Assembly (NCBI GenBank): GCA_040904565.1
Contig: JBBDTI010000054.1
Location: 22,144 to 86,143 of the forward strand
Origin: Rhodothermales bacterium
GTDB lineage: Bacteria > Bacteroidota > Rhodothermia > Rhodothermales > VXPQ01
DNA length: 64,000 bases
Direction: 5' to 3'
Shown: positions 44,528-53,220 of the stretch, one piece after another
How positions within the stretch are numbered: the stretch's first letter is position 1
Layout of the letters: each line of letters opens with the position of its first letter
The notes under the pieces: generated by a model
What the model was told of the DNA's origin: nothing
The model's database searches: none
What the model saw: the letters and a program-made list of their open reading frames with translations, nothing else
Program-made: the position numbers and the translations under genes

Positions 44528-46063
44528 CTATGCGGCCCGGTCCCTCCGGGCCGAATAAACCGCCCACACCCACAATGCGATGCAAAGCACGCCCAGCGCG
44601 GCCGCGACGGGGCGTCCGAAGAAGGCGAGCGGGTCGCCGCCGGCGGAGGTCAGGATCTGAATGAACCGTTCTTCGAGCGGCGCGCCGAGAATGATGCCCA
44701 GGACGACGGGTCCGAGCGGAACGTCCATCCGCTCGAGCCCGAATCCGAGGAGCCCCATGCCCAGCATGACGGCGACGTCGAAATTGCTGCTGTTGATGGC
44801 GTAAGCTCCGACGATGCAGAGCAGGAGGATGATCGGCATGAGGAGTTTCTGCGGTACGCGCACGACGCGCGATCCCATCTTCACGGCGAGGAGTCCGACC
44901 GGCAGGAGCACCAGGTTCGCGACGATAAAGATCAGGTAGATGCTGTAGACGAGTCCGGCCTGCTCGAGGAAGATGTCCGGGCCCGGATTGACGTTCTTCA
45001 TCAGAAGGACGCCGATCACGATGGCCGTGATCGAGTCGCCCGGAATGCCGAAAACGAGCGCGGGTATCCAGGTACCGGCCAGGGCGGAGGAATTTGCCGC
45101 CGTGGCATCCGAGATACCGTCGATGGAACCCTTACCGTAGGCCTCCGGCGTGTCGCTGGCTCGCTTGGATGCGGCGAGGGAGACCCACGACGCGATGTCG
45201 GCCCCGGCACCGGGCAGCATGCCCACGAACGAGCCGATGACGCCGGATCGGAAGGTATGGCGAAGCCGTCTGCGAACGACCGAGAAGCCCGGCTTGATGA
45301 CGTCCACGATAGGGCCGATCAGATAGCGTCGTACGTGGGAGCGTCCCCGCCGTGCCGTCGACGGCGGCGTCATGCCGCCCAGGCCGGTGCCCCCGACGAG
45401 ATTGTTGAGCACCTCGGAGAGTCCGAACAGTCCGATCATGGCGGGAATGAAATTGATGCCCTGATACAGCTCGGGCCGGCCGAACGTGAACCGGGCCTCC
45501 GTGTGTACGGCGCTGAGGCCGACGGTCGACAACAAGAGACCGATCAGCATGGCCAGCGAAGCCTTGCTGAGCGCGCCTCGGGAGACGACCACGGCGGAGC
45601 TCAGACCGAGCACGTAGAGCCAGAAATATTCGGCGATGCTGAAAAAGGTCGCGACGCGGGCGAGTTGATGACCGAGCGTCATGAGCACGACGGCTCCGAA
45701 GAGTCCGCCTGCGACACTCGAAACGAGCATCGTCCCGAGCGCGAGGTCCGACCGCCCTTCCCTGGTAAGCGCGTAGGCGTCGTCGACGTACGCCGCCGAC
45801 GCCGGTGTACCGGGAATGCGCAGCAGCGTCGTGGGGAGGTCGCCGGCGAAGATGGCGCAGGCGACCATGGTAACGATGCCCGCGAGGGCGGGAATCGGAT
45901 CCAGCCAGTACGTCAGCGGGATGAACAGCGCGACCGACATCGTGGCCGTCAGTCCGGGCATGGAACCCATGAAGACGCCGTAGAGCGCCGAGAAGAAGAC
46001 GATCGCCAGGACCTCCGGACTGAGAACGACCTGCTGCAGGGCCTGAAGGAGGGCTTCACTCAT
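44528..46063 (-). CDS. tctA: Tripartite tricarboxylate transporter large permease
   Basis: ATG at 46063. About 511 aa polytopic membrane protein with a TctA-like FMGSMPGLTATMSVALFIPLTYWL. Confidence 0.85.
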   Translation of the reverse strand: MSEALLQALQQVVLSPEVLAIVFFSALYGVFMGSMPGLTATMSVALFIPLTYWLDPIPALAGIVTMVACAIFAGDLPTTLLRIPGTPASAAYVDDAYALTREGRSDLALGTMLVSSVAGGLFGAVVLMTLGHQLARVATFFSIAEYFWLYVLGLSSAVVVSRGALSKASLAMLIGLLLSTVGLSAVHTEARFTFGRPELYQGINFIPAMIGLFGLSEVLNNLVGGTGLGGMTPPSTARRGRSHVRRYLIGPIVDVIKPGFSVVRRRLRHTFRSGVIGSFVGMLPGAGADIASWVSLAASKRASDTPEAYGKGSIDGISDATAANSSALAGTWIPALVFGIPGDSITAIVIGVLLMKNVNPGPDIFLEQAGLVYSIYLIFIVANLVLLPVGLLAVKMGSRVVRVPQKLLMPIILLLCIVGAYAINSSNFDVAVMLGMGLLGFGLERMDVPLGPVVLGIILGAPLEERFIQILTSAGGDPLAFFGRPVAAALGVLCIALWVWAVYSARRDRAA

Positions 46064-46069
46064 GCTCGT

Positions 46070-47404
46070 TCACCATCCTAAAACCCCCCACGGAAGCGGC
46101 ACGCGCAGCAGTACGGCGAAGAGGTGGTACGTAACGACGGCCGACGCGACGGACGCCGCGAGGGCCACGGGAAGACGGACCCGCAGCAGGAGGAAGAAGC
46201 CGAGCAGGATACACGCAGCCGTGACGACGTACCCCAGCGATTCCACGACGAGCACGTACAGGAGGACGGCACCTATCGCTCCGGCGGCGAAGAGGATCCC
46301 ACGCCGGGTTACGTCATCCCGTTCTCGATCCTCCGACGTGTCGCGCCGGACGTGGGCCAGCACGGAGAGCACGAGCGAGACGCTCATCAGCACGCCGATC
46401 GCGGCGGGGAACAGCCAGGGCCCGTAGGTCTGCCGTCGCACGGACTCGAAGGCGGCGCTCTGAAAAATCTCCCCGAAGGCCCGGTTTTCTTCTTCCAGCG
46501 CCTCCGCGAACGCTTCGGGTCCGTCGGCCGCCGCACCGAAGCCCGCCCGCTCGGAGAACGCGAGATATTCGTCGCTCGTCACGACGTTGCGGACGGCCGA
46601 TTCGAGTACCTCGACGCGGTCTTCCGGCACGCCGAGAGGAAGGGCGAGCCCGCGCCACGTAAAGCTCGTCCAGTCGACGCCCGTCTCCTCCAGCGTCGGC
46701 ACGTCCGGTACGGATGGCAGCCGCTCTTCGGCCATGACGGTAAGGCAGCGAATTTCTCCGGCGTCGACGAGACTTTGCGCCTCCGGCACGCTGCAGCTGA
46801 CGACGTCGACGCCGCCCGCCATCATTTCCTGCAGCGATGGGGCGGATCCGTTCAGGGAGAGCCAGACGATGTCGCCAGCGCTCAGGTCGTTGCGAATCAG
46901 CCAGCCGGCGAGTGCCACGTGCCAGATCCCGCCGAAGGCCGTTCCGGATGCGCGCAACTCGCCCGGCCGATCGCGCACCTCCGCCTCCAGCTCGTCGATG
47001 GTTTCCCACGGCGAATCGGCCCGAACGAACAGGGCGGCATAGTCGCGATTGACCCGCATCAACGGCCGGAAGTCGCGGTGGGTAATGTTCGTGAGGCCGC
47101 GCCAGTGGAGCATGTTCAGCTCGGCCGTGATCATCGTCATCGTATATCCGTTCGGCTCGGCGAGCGCGCCGCGGGTATGGCCTGTAACGCCGGCGCCACC
47201 GCTGGCGTTGACCACGTTGACGGGCACGCCGAGCTCCTGCTCGAGCTGGGCGGCGATCTGCCGGGCGACCCGGTCGGTACCGCCGCCGACCGACCACGGC
47301 ACGATCATCGTGATAGGTCGGTTCGGAAAGGCGTCATCCGTCTGACATCCACCCGAGAAAAACCCCAGGAGGAGGACGAGCAGCAATGTGGAGAGCGAGC
47401 GCAT
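46070..47404 (-). CDS. TctC-type (Bug family) substrate-binding lipoprotein fused in frame to a TctB-like small membrane subunit
   Basis: ATG at 47404 (MRSLSTLLLVLLLGFFSGGCQ, lipobox). TctC core PNRPITMIVPWSVGGGTDRVARQIA. The C-terminal ~130 aa has four hydrophobic helices with a charged loop HVRRDTSEDRERDDVTRRG. No stop or in-frame start lies between the two parts. Confidence 0.75.
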   Translation of the reverse strand: MRSLSTLLLVLLLGFFSGGCQTDDAFPNRPITMIVPWSVGGGTDRVARQIAAQLEQELGVPVNVVNASGGAGVTGHTRGALAEPNGYTMTMITAELNMLHWRGLTNITHRDFRPLMRVNRDYAALFVRADSPWETIDELEAEVRDRPGELRASGTAFGGIWHVALAGWLIRNDLSAGDIVWLSLNGSAPSLQEMMAGGVDVVSCSVPEAQSLVDAGEIRCLTVMAEERLPSVPDVPTLEETGVDWTSFTWRGLALPLGVPEDRVEVLESAVRNVVTSDEYLAFSERAGFGAAADGPEAFAEALEEENRAFGEIFQSAAFESVRRQTYGPWLFPAAIGVLMSVSLVLSVLAHVRRDTSEDRERDDVTRRGILFAAGAIGAVLLYVLVVESLGYVVTAACILLGFFLLLRVRLPVALAASVASAVVTYHLFAVLLRVPLPWGVLGW

Positions 47405-47417
47405 GCGTGCGGGCAAT

Positions 47418-48695
47418 CTACCAGTTCTGGATGGAACCGTCGGGGCGCCGAAACTGGGGGATCGGATCGTCGTGGTCGGTGATTTCCGCAACGAGCTCGG
47501 CCTCTGCCGGGTCGAACGTGACGCCGAGTCCGGGCCGGTCGTTCGGGCGGATCTTGCCGTCGATAAACTCGAACGTTTCCGGCAGATGAGCCTCCGGGGA
47601 GGGACCGCTTCCCCGCATCTCGATGACGACGGGGTTGGGGGAGGAGCCGCAAGCGTGCACGAGCGCGGCCGTGGAGATTGTCCCGGTGAAATGCGGCACC
47701 AGGCCCACGTAATGGGTTTCACACAGTGCGGCGAGCTTCTTGAATTCCGTGATGCCGCCGGCATTTGGGAGCGTCACGCGTGAATAGTCGATCAGCCGGT
47801 CTTCGACGAGCTCGTTGACGGTCCACCGATCGCCGTAGTGCTCGCCGACGGCGATCGGAACGTTGACCTTCTGGCGGACGGTCTGGTATACCTCCTTGTT
47901 CTCCGAGCGAACCAGGTCTTCGACGAAAAACGGTTCGTAGGCTTCGATGAGGGCGCTCAGCCGTACGGCCTGGGTGAGATCGAGTCGCGTGTGGAAGTCG
48001 ATGCACCAGTGGCCCGCCGATCCGACCCCGCGGTGGACGGCTTCGCAGCGGGCGCGGTTGTGTTCGAAGATGTCGTTCGGATCGAACGTGTCGTCGCCGC
48101 GCGGATTGTCGGCCGAAATCCGATAGGCGTAAAAGCCGGCCTCTACGCAGGCACGGGCGGTAGACTCGAGGTCGCCCTGCCACGGGTAGCCGGTGGAGTA
48201 GCACTCGATATGGTCTCGCGTCAGCCCGCCCAGCATCTCGTATACGGGAACGTCGAGCGCGCGGCCCTTGATATCCCACAGCGCCATGTCGAGCGCACCG
48301 AGGCCGTGCAGCTTCTCGAGGCCTGGGGGATAAAACCAGCCGCGGTACATGAGCTGCCACAGATGTTCGATCTGGAATGGATCTTGGCCGACGATCTGGG
48401 CAGCCATCTGCTCGATCATGTCGGGCGTGCCGCCTTCGCCCACCCCCGTGATGCCGCCGTCCGTTTCGACGGTGACGACCCGGTTGCTCTGATTGAAGGT
48501 GCGATTGAGGTTGGATGGCTCGTAGACGCGAATCCGCGTGATGCGCAGGTCGGAGCGTCCGGGGATGGCACCGAGGCTTGCGGTGTGAGCGCCCGGCTTC
48601 GCATCAGCAGTTGCAGCGGCACGTTCCGGCAGGCCCGAAACAAGTCCGACACACGCCCCCAGCGCGGCCGTACCCAGGAAAGCTCGTCGATTCAT
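47418..48695 (-). CDS. Enolase-superfamily dehydratase (mandelate racemase/ManD-RspA-like subgroup) with twin-arginine signal
   Basis: ATG at 48695. MNRRAFLGTAALGACVGLVSGLPERAAATA. Metal-ligand context WCIDFH, FFVED, AVGEH. Catalytic His in LVPHF. Confidence 0.8.
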   Translation of the reverse strand: MNRRAFLGTAALGACVGLVSGLPERAAATADAKPGAHTASLGAIPGRSDLRITRIRVYEPSNLNRTFNQSNRVVTVETDGGITGVGEGGTPDMIEQMAAQIVGQDPFQIEHLWQLMYRGWFYPPGLEKLHGLGALDMALWDIKGRALDVPVYEMLGGLTRDHIECYSTGYPWQGDLESTARACVEAGFYAYRISADNPRGDDTFDPNDIFEHNRARCEAVHRGVGSAGHWCIDFHTRLDLTQAVRLSALIEAYEPFFVEDLVRSENKEVYQTVRQKVNVPIAVGEHYGDRWTVNELVEDRLIDYSRVTLPNAGGITEFKKLAALCETHYVGLVPHFTGTISTAALVHACGSSPNPVVIEMRGSGPSPEAHLPETFEFIDGKIRPNDRPGLGVTFDPAEAELVAEITDHDDPIPQFRRPDGSIQNW

Positions 48696-49200
48696 GTCCG
48701 CGTCCCCTATGTTGGCATCACGTTCGAGATGGATTCAGAAGATATTGAGGTCCGGTCCCCCTATCAACTCACGTGGCAATTGCCGTGTGGATGCAGGCGG
48801 CCCCGGCGGAACCCGCCACCAGGTGGCGACGGGAACGATCCACGTCTAGAGGGAATTGAGCCCGCGTCGAGCCGGGAACGAGCTCGCGTCGGACCGAAAA
48901 TCAACGTTCGACGAAGACGAAATCGGCCGGTGTCAAGAATGGACTGCGAAGTCTCCATGAACGTGTTATATTGGCACGCGTGGTAGCGTCCGCCTCACCC
49001 GACTTTGGGACGCCGCCGATGCCCCGGATCTCCCAGCGAGGGTGCTATAACGAGCGCTTTCTCGTGAGCCGGTGCGTTCCGGCATCAGGCCACCTCCGTG
49101 CGAACGCCGGTGGTCGATCCGGGCTGAAACCGTTTTTGCAAACGTCATTCTGGTACGTCATTTTCGGACAACCGTTACATAAGGAGGGTTGAGAGTATCT

Positions 49201-50310
49201 ATGTCGAACAAGACCCGCGTCGCCATCGTCGGACTCGGCTTCGGGGCCGAGTTTATTCCTATCTATCAGCGCCATCCCGACGCCGAGCTCTGGGCGATTT
49301 GCCAGCGATCTGAGGAAAGCCTGAACGAAATCGGAGATCAGTTCGGCGTCGATCGTCGATTTACGAGCTTCGAAGACCTGCTCAAGGAGCCGGACCTGGA
49401 CGCCGTGCACATCAACACCCCGATCGCCGCGCACGCTCCGATGTCTTTGGCCGGACTGAACGCAGGGAAGCACGTTGCGTGCACCGTGCCGATGGCTACG
49501 ACGGTCGAGGAGTGCCTCGAGATCGTGGAGTCGCGGAAGAAGAGTGGCAGGGTCTACATGATGATGGAGACGGCCATCTATGCGCGCGAATTTCTTTATG
49601 CAAAGGAGCTGTACGATTCCGGGAAGCTGGGGACGATCCAGTTTCTCCGGGGGTCGCATCAACAGAACATGGGGTTGCCTGGGTGGCCGAGCTACTGGTA
49701 CGGCTTTCCGCCGATGCATTATGCGACCCATGCCGTGAGCCCGCTGCTGCTCATGGCCGATGCCCGGGCGGATTCGGTCGTGTGCTTCGGCTCGGGGCGC
49801 ATCAAGGAGGAATACATCCAGCATTACAACTCGCCCTTTGCCGTCGAGTCCGCGCTCATCGACCTGGCCGACTCCAACCTGGCCTGCGAGGTGACCCGCT
49901 CGCTCTTCGACACGATTCGCCAGTACCGCGAGAGCTTCGACGTATACGGGACGAAACGCTCTTTCGAATGGGAGCAGGTCGTCGACGAGGGGCCCGTCAT
50001 CTATTCCGGGTACGAGGATGCCGAACGCGTCGAGGTGCCGGACTACGCGCATCTGCTGCCGGAGGAGATCGCCCCGTTTACAACGGGCGGCGTGTATGAC
50101 GAGGAGCACGAACATACGTCGTTCATCCAGGGCGGCGGCCACGGAGGCTCCCACCCACACATGGTGCATGAGTTCGTCCGCGCCATCCAGGAAGAGCGTG
50201 AAGCGATATCCGATGCCGCGGCGGCAGCTAACTGGACGATGGCCGGGATCTGTGCCCACACCTCGGCTATGAATGGAGGAGAGCGCGTCCAGGTACCCCA
50301 AACATCCTAG
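49201..50310 (+). CDS. Gfo/Idh/MocA family oxidoreductase (cytoplasmic)
   Basis: ATG at 49201 preceded by AAGGAGGG at 49181-49188. TRVAIVGLGFGAEFIPIY Rossmann start. Confidence 0.85.
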   Translation: MSNKTRVAIVGLGFGAEFIPIYQRHPDAELWAICQRSEESLNEIGDQFGVDRRFTSFEDLLKEPDLDAVHINTPIAAHAPMSLAGLNAGKHVACTVPMATTVEECLEIVESRKKSGRVYMMMETAIYAREFLYAKELYDSGKLGTIQFLRGSHQQNMGLPGWPSYWYGFPPMHYATHAVSPLLLMADARADSVVCFGSGRIKEEYIQHYNSPFAVESALIDLADSNLACEVTRSLFDTIRQYRESFDVYGTKRSFEWEQVVDEGPVIYSGYEDAERVEVPDYAHLLPEEIAPFTTGGVYDEEHEHTSFIQGGGHGGSHPHMVHEFVRAIQEEREAISDAAAAANWTMAGICAHTSAMNGGERVQVPQTS

Positions 50311-50357
50311 GGTCGGTTGAGAGCGCACGCCGCGCAAGGTGGCCTGTCGGCCGAAAT

Positions 50358-50415
50358 ACCGTCAACCGTCAACCGTCAACCGTCAACCGTCTAACCGTCA
50401 ACCGTCTAACCGTCA
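50358..50415 (+). repeat. Heptanucleotide tandem repeat ACCGTCA x8 (two copies are 8-mers, ACCGTCTA) ending 12 nt before the MFS ATG
   Basis: Read directly, anchored to the stop at 50308-50310 and the ATG at 50428. Confidence 0.95.
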
Positions 50416-50427
50416 TTCTTTGGAATC

Positions 50428-51822
50428 ATGATCAATCGTAAACGACTATTCGTCGGCAGCTGGATCGCGCTCGTCGTGACCTCTTTCGGGTTTATCATCC
50501 GCGCCCTGGTGCTGGCCGAATGGGGCCGTGAGTTCACGCTGAGTCAGGAGGACCTCGGCTGGATCGCCGGTGCCGGACTCTTTCCGTTCGCCATCACGAT
50601 CGTTCTTTTCAGCCTGGTGATCGATAAGATCGGCTACCACACGTCGATCCGGATCGCCTTCGTGGGGCACGTCGTTTCGGCGATCGTCACGATCTGTGCC
50701 GGACTCATTGGAGATCCGTTCTGGGTGCTTTTCATCGGTACGGTGATTCTGGCGCTGTCTAACGGTATCGTGGAGGCCGTCATCAATCCGGTTACCTCGA
50801 CGCTGTATCCGAAGTCGAAGACCCACCACCTCAATATCCTGCACGCGGGATGGCCCGGCGGACTCGTGCTGGCCGGCATCATCGTGATCTCGCTCGGTGA
50901 TGCGGACTGGCGCTGGAAGGTGGGCCTCGTGCTCCTGCCGACGTTCGTCTACGGCGCGATGCTGCTCAATCAGAAATTCCCGCTCAACGAGCGTGTCGCG
51001 GCCGGCGTACCGTATCGCGACATGATTCGAGAGATCAAGCGGCCGTTGTTCCTCCTCCTGCTGGCCATCATGGTCCCGCTTGCGGTGACCGAACTGGGTA
51101 CGGACAGCTGGATCACGGCCCTGATGGAAAACGTGCTGACTTCAGGCATACATCCTGGATGGGTGCTCGTCTATACGTCGGCGATCATGCTGGTGCTTCG
51201 CTTTTTCGCCGGACCGATCGTGCACCGGATCAACCCGCTCGGACTCCTTGCCTGCAGCGCATTCATCGCGTGCCTCGGCCTCATCTGGCTCTCCAACGCG
51301 GGAGCAGCACTCGGCGCCGTTTTCGCCGCGGCGACGTTCTACGCGCTCGGAAAGACGTTTTTCTGGCCGACGACGCTCGGGGTGGTGGCGGAGCAGTTCC
51401 CGAAGGGCGGCGCCCTGCTCCTCAACACCATGGGCGGCATGGGCATGCTCGCGGCCGGACTCCTCGGCGCGCCTATCCTGGGTTCCATTCAGGACAAGGT
51501 GATCGACCAGGAGCTGCAGCAGCGGGCGCCTGAGGTGCACCAGCAGGTCACCGACGCCGAACGTCTGGGACTCCTCGGTGCGTACAATCCGCTGGACAAC
51601 CAGGCCGTGCAGGAGCTGCCGATGGAGCAGGCAGAGGTCGTACGAGAGGTGCGGTCGGACTCGAGTCAGATCGCGCTCCGCTACGTCGCGTTCCTGCCGG
51701 CGTTAATGCTGCTGTGCTACATCGGACTGATCCTTTACTTCCGATCTCAGGGTGGATACAAGCCAGTCGAACTCGAAGGCGAACAGGCCACGGGGGGCGT
51801 GGAAGGCCCGGTAGAGGCCTGA
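50428..51822 (+). CDS. MFS transporter
   Basis: ATG at 50428. 12 or more hydrophobic segments. MFS-like loop LVIDKIGYH. Substrate unknown. Confidence 0.8.
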   Translation: MINRKRLFVGSWIALVVTSFGFIIRALVLAEWGREFTLSQEDLGWIAGAGLFPFAITIVLFSLVIDKIGYHTSIRIAFVGHVVSAIVTICAGLIGDPFWVLFIGTVILALSNGIVEAVINPVTSTLYPKSKTHHLNILHAGWPGGLVLAGIIVISLGDADWRWKVGLVLLPTFVYGAMLLNQKFPLNERVAAGVPYRDMIREIKRPLFLLLLAIMVPLAVTELGTDSWITALMENVLTSGIHPGWVLVYTSAIMLVLRFFAGPIVHRINPLGLLACSAFIACLGLIWLSNAGAALGAVFAAATFYALGKTFFWPTTLGVVAEQFPKGGALLLNTMGGMGMLAAGLLGAPILGSIQDKVIDQELQQRAPEVHQQVTDAERLGLLGAYNPLDNQAVQELPMEQAEVVREVRSDSSQIALRYVAFLPALMLLCYIGLILYFRSQGGYKPVELEGEQATGGVEGPVEA

Positions 51823-51898
51823 CTGTTCGTCCGCGCGTTCGTGCCTGTCAGCACACTGCGTTCACAGCAGGTGCGAGGCCGTTATCACCATGGTTCGA

Positions 51899-51933
51899 AG
51901 AAGGGGGGAGGCCGAAGGGCTTCCCCCCTTTCG
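51899..51933 (+). terminator. Strong 13-bp hairpin (AAGGGGGGAGGCC-GAAG-GGCTTCCCCCCTT) then T-run, downstream of the MFS gene
   Basis: Read directly. Begins 79 nt after the stop at 51820-51822. The U-tract is short (TTT). Confidence 0.5.
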
Positions 51934-52017
51934 GATCCGCGCGGCCGTTCCGCACGTGTGAGAAGCAGTAAGAGACTGTGCGAAGCCAGACACGCTGCCA
52001 GTAGGATAGTCCACCAC

Positions 52018-53217
52018 ATGCCCGTCTCCACATCCGATTCTTCGTATGCGCCGTTGCAAGCGGCCGCACGTATACGCTCCGTGCGTACGCCGATCATCCC
52101 GGTGGTCGCGGAGCTGATACGAGACCATCCGGGGACGATCTCGCTGGGTCAGGGTGTCGTTCACTACCCGCCCCCACCGGAAGCCGTGAGCCGTCTCATA
52201 GAGGCGGCCGGACGCGCCGAGGCACACGGTTACGATCACGTGGCCGGACGGACGGAGCTGCTCGATCGGCTGTCCGACAAGCTGGCGACGGAGAACGGGA
52301 TAGATGTCGCGGACGGAGTCTCCGTGGTGGTCACGGCAGGCGCGAACATGGCGTTCATGAATGCCGTGCTGGCCGTGGCGGACCCGGGCGATGAGGTCAT
52401 CCTCCAGACGCCGTTCTATTTCAACCATGAGATGGCCGTCCGCATCGCCGGCTGTCGCCCCGTCCCCGTGCCGACCGATGCCTCGTATCAGCTCCAGATC
52501 GACGCCATCGAACGGGTCGTCTCCGACCGCACGCGTGCTATCGTTACGATATCACCGAATAACCCGACCGGCGCCGTCTACGACCGCGCCTCGCTGACGG
52601 CCGTCAACAGGCTGTGCATCGACCGCGGCATCTACCATATCAGCGACGAAGCGTACGAGTACTTCACCTACGACGGCGTGGGGCATTTTTCGCCCGGATC
52701 CATTGCGGGCGCGGCACGTCACACGATCTCTCTCTTCTCCTTCAGCAAGGCCTATGGCATGCCGGGCCTGCGGATGGGGTACATGGCCTTCCCGGAGCAC
52801 CTGCTCGGTCCGATCAAGAAAATCCAGGACACGCTGCTTATCTGTCCGCCGCTGCCCAGCCAGTTCGCGGCGCTCGGCGCGCTGGAGGCCGGGAGATCGT
52901 ACTGCCGCTCCTTTATCGAAGGGCTCGGTGCAGTGCGCGAGCTCGTGCGGCGTCGTATCCGTGACCTCGGAGATCGTGTTCGGATGCCGGGCGTGGAGGG
53001 CGCCTTTTACGGATTCGTTCGCGTCGATACAGACCTCGACGATATGACGCTCGTGAGGCGGCTTATCGAGGATCACGGCGTGGCCGTTATTCCCGGCAAT
53101 ACGTTCGGTATGGACGAGGGGTGCTACGTTCGGATCGCCTTCGGCGCCCTGAACGAAGAAACGGTGGCGGCCGCGATGGACCGGTTCGTGAGCGGACTCA
53201 ACGAAATACTGGGCTGA
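52018..53217 (+). CDS. PLP-dependent aminotransferase, class I/II
   Basis: ATG at 52018 (the second MPVST). PLP-lysine motif SFSKAYGMPGLRMGY and SPNNPTG motif. The ORF is open from 51841, but that stretch covers the upstream terminator hairpin. Confidence 0.8.
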   Translation: MPVSTSDSSYAPLQAAARIRSVRTPIIPVVAELIRDHPGTISLGQGVVHYPPPPEAVSRLIEAAGRAEAHGYDHVAGRTELLDRLSDKLATENGIDVADGVSVVVTAGANMAFMNAVLAVADPGDEVILQTPFYFNHEMAVRIAGCRPVPVPTDASYQLQIDAIERVVSDRTRAIVTISPNNPTGAVYDRASLTAVNRLCIDRGIYHISDEAYEYFTYDGVGHFSPGSIAGAARHTISLFSFSKAYGMPGLRMGYMAFPEHLLGPIKKIQDTLLICPPLPSQFAALGALEAGRSYCRSFIEGLGAVRELVRRRIRDLGDRVRMPGVEGAFYGFVRVDTDLDDMTLVRRLIEDHGVAVIPGNTFGMDEGCYVRIAFGALNEETVAAAMDRFVSGLNEILG

Positions 53218-53220
53218 TTC

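Noticed and set aside
44501-46081. 526-aa ORF on the + strand (also 46124..47482, 452 aa), which would be among the longest 'genes' in the window.
   Set aside because: It lies exactly antisense to tctA and tctCB, which have clear family motifs. Its translation is Asp/Glu/His/Arg/Gly-rich low complexity, the mirror image of hydrophobic membrane codons. Stop-codon depletion in GC-rich DNA explains the length.
48696-49200. Possible riboswitch (cobalamin/TPP-like GGGAA and GAGA fragments) in the 505-bp divergent region.
   Set aside because: I could not assemble the conserved cores (no cobalamin B12-box, no CTGAGA TPP core in context). Only an Infernal/Rfam scan could settle it, so no ncRNA is called.
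50358-50415. Possible CRISPR array or coding repeat at the ACCGTCA tandem repeat.
   Set aside because: The units are 7-8 nt, head-to-tail, with no spacers. There are no cas genes in the window. The repeat lies outside any supported ORF. It is retained only as a simple tandem repeat.
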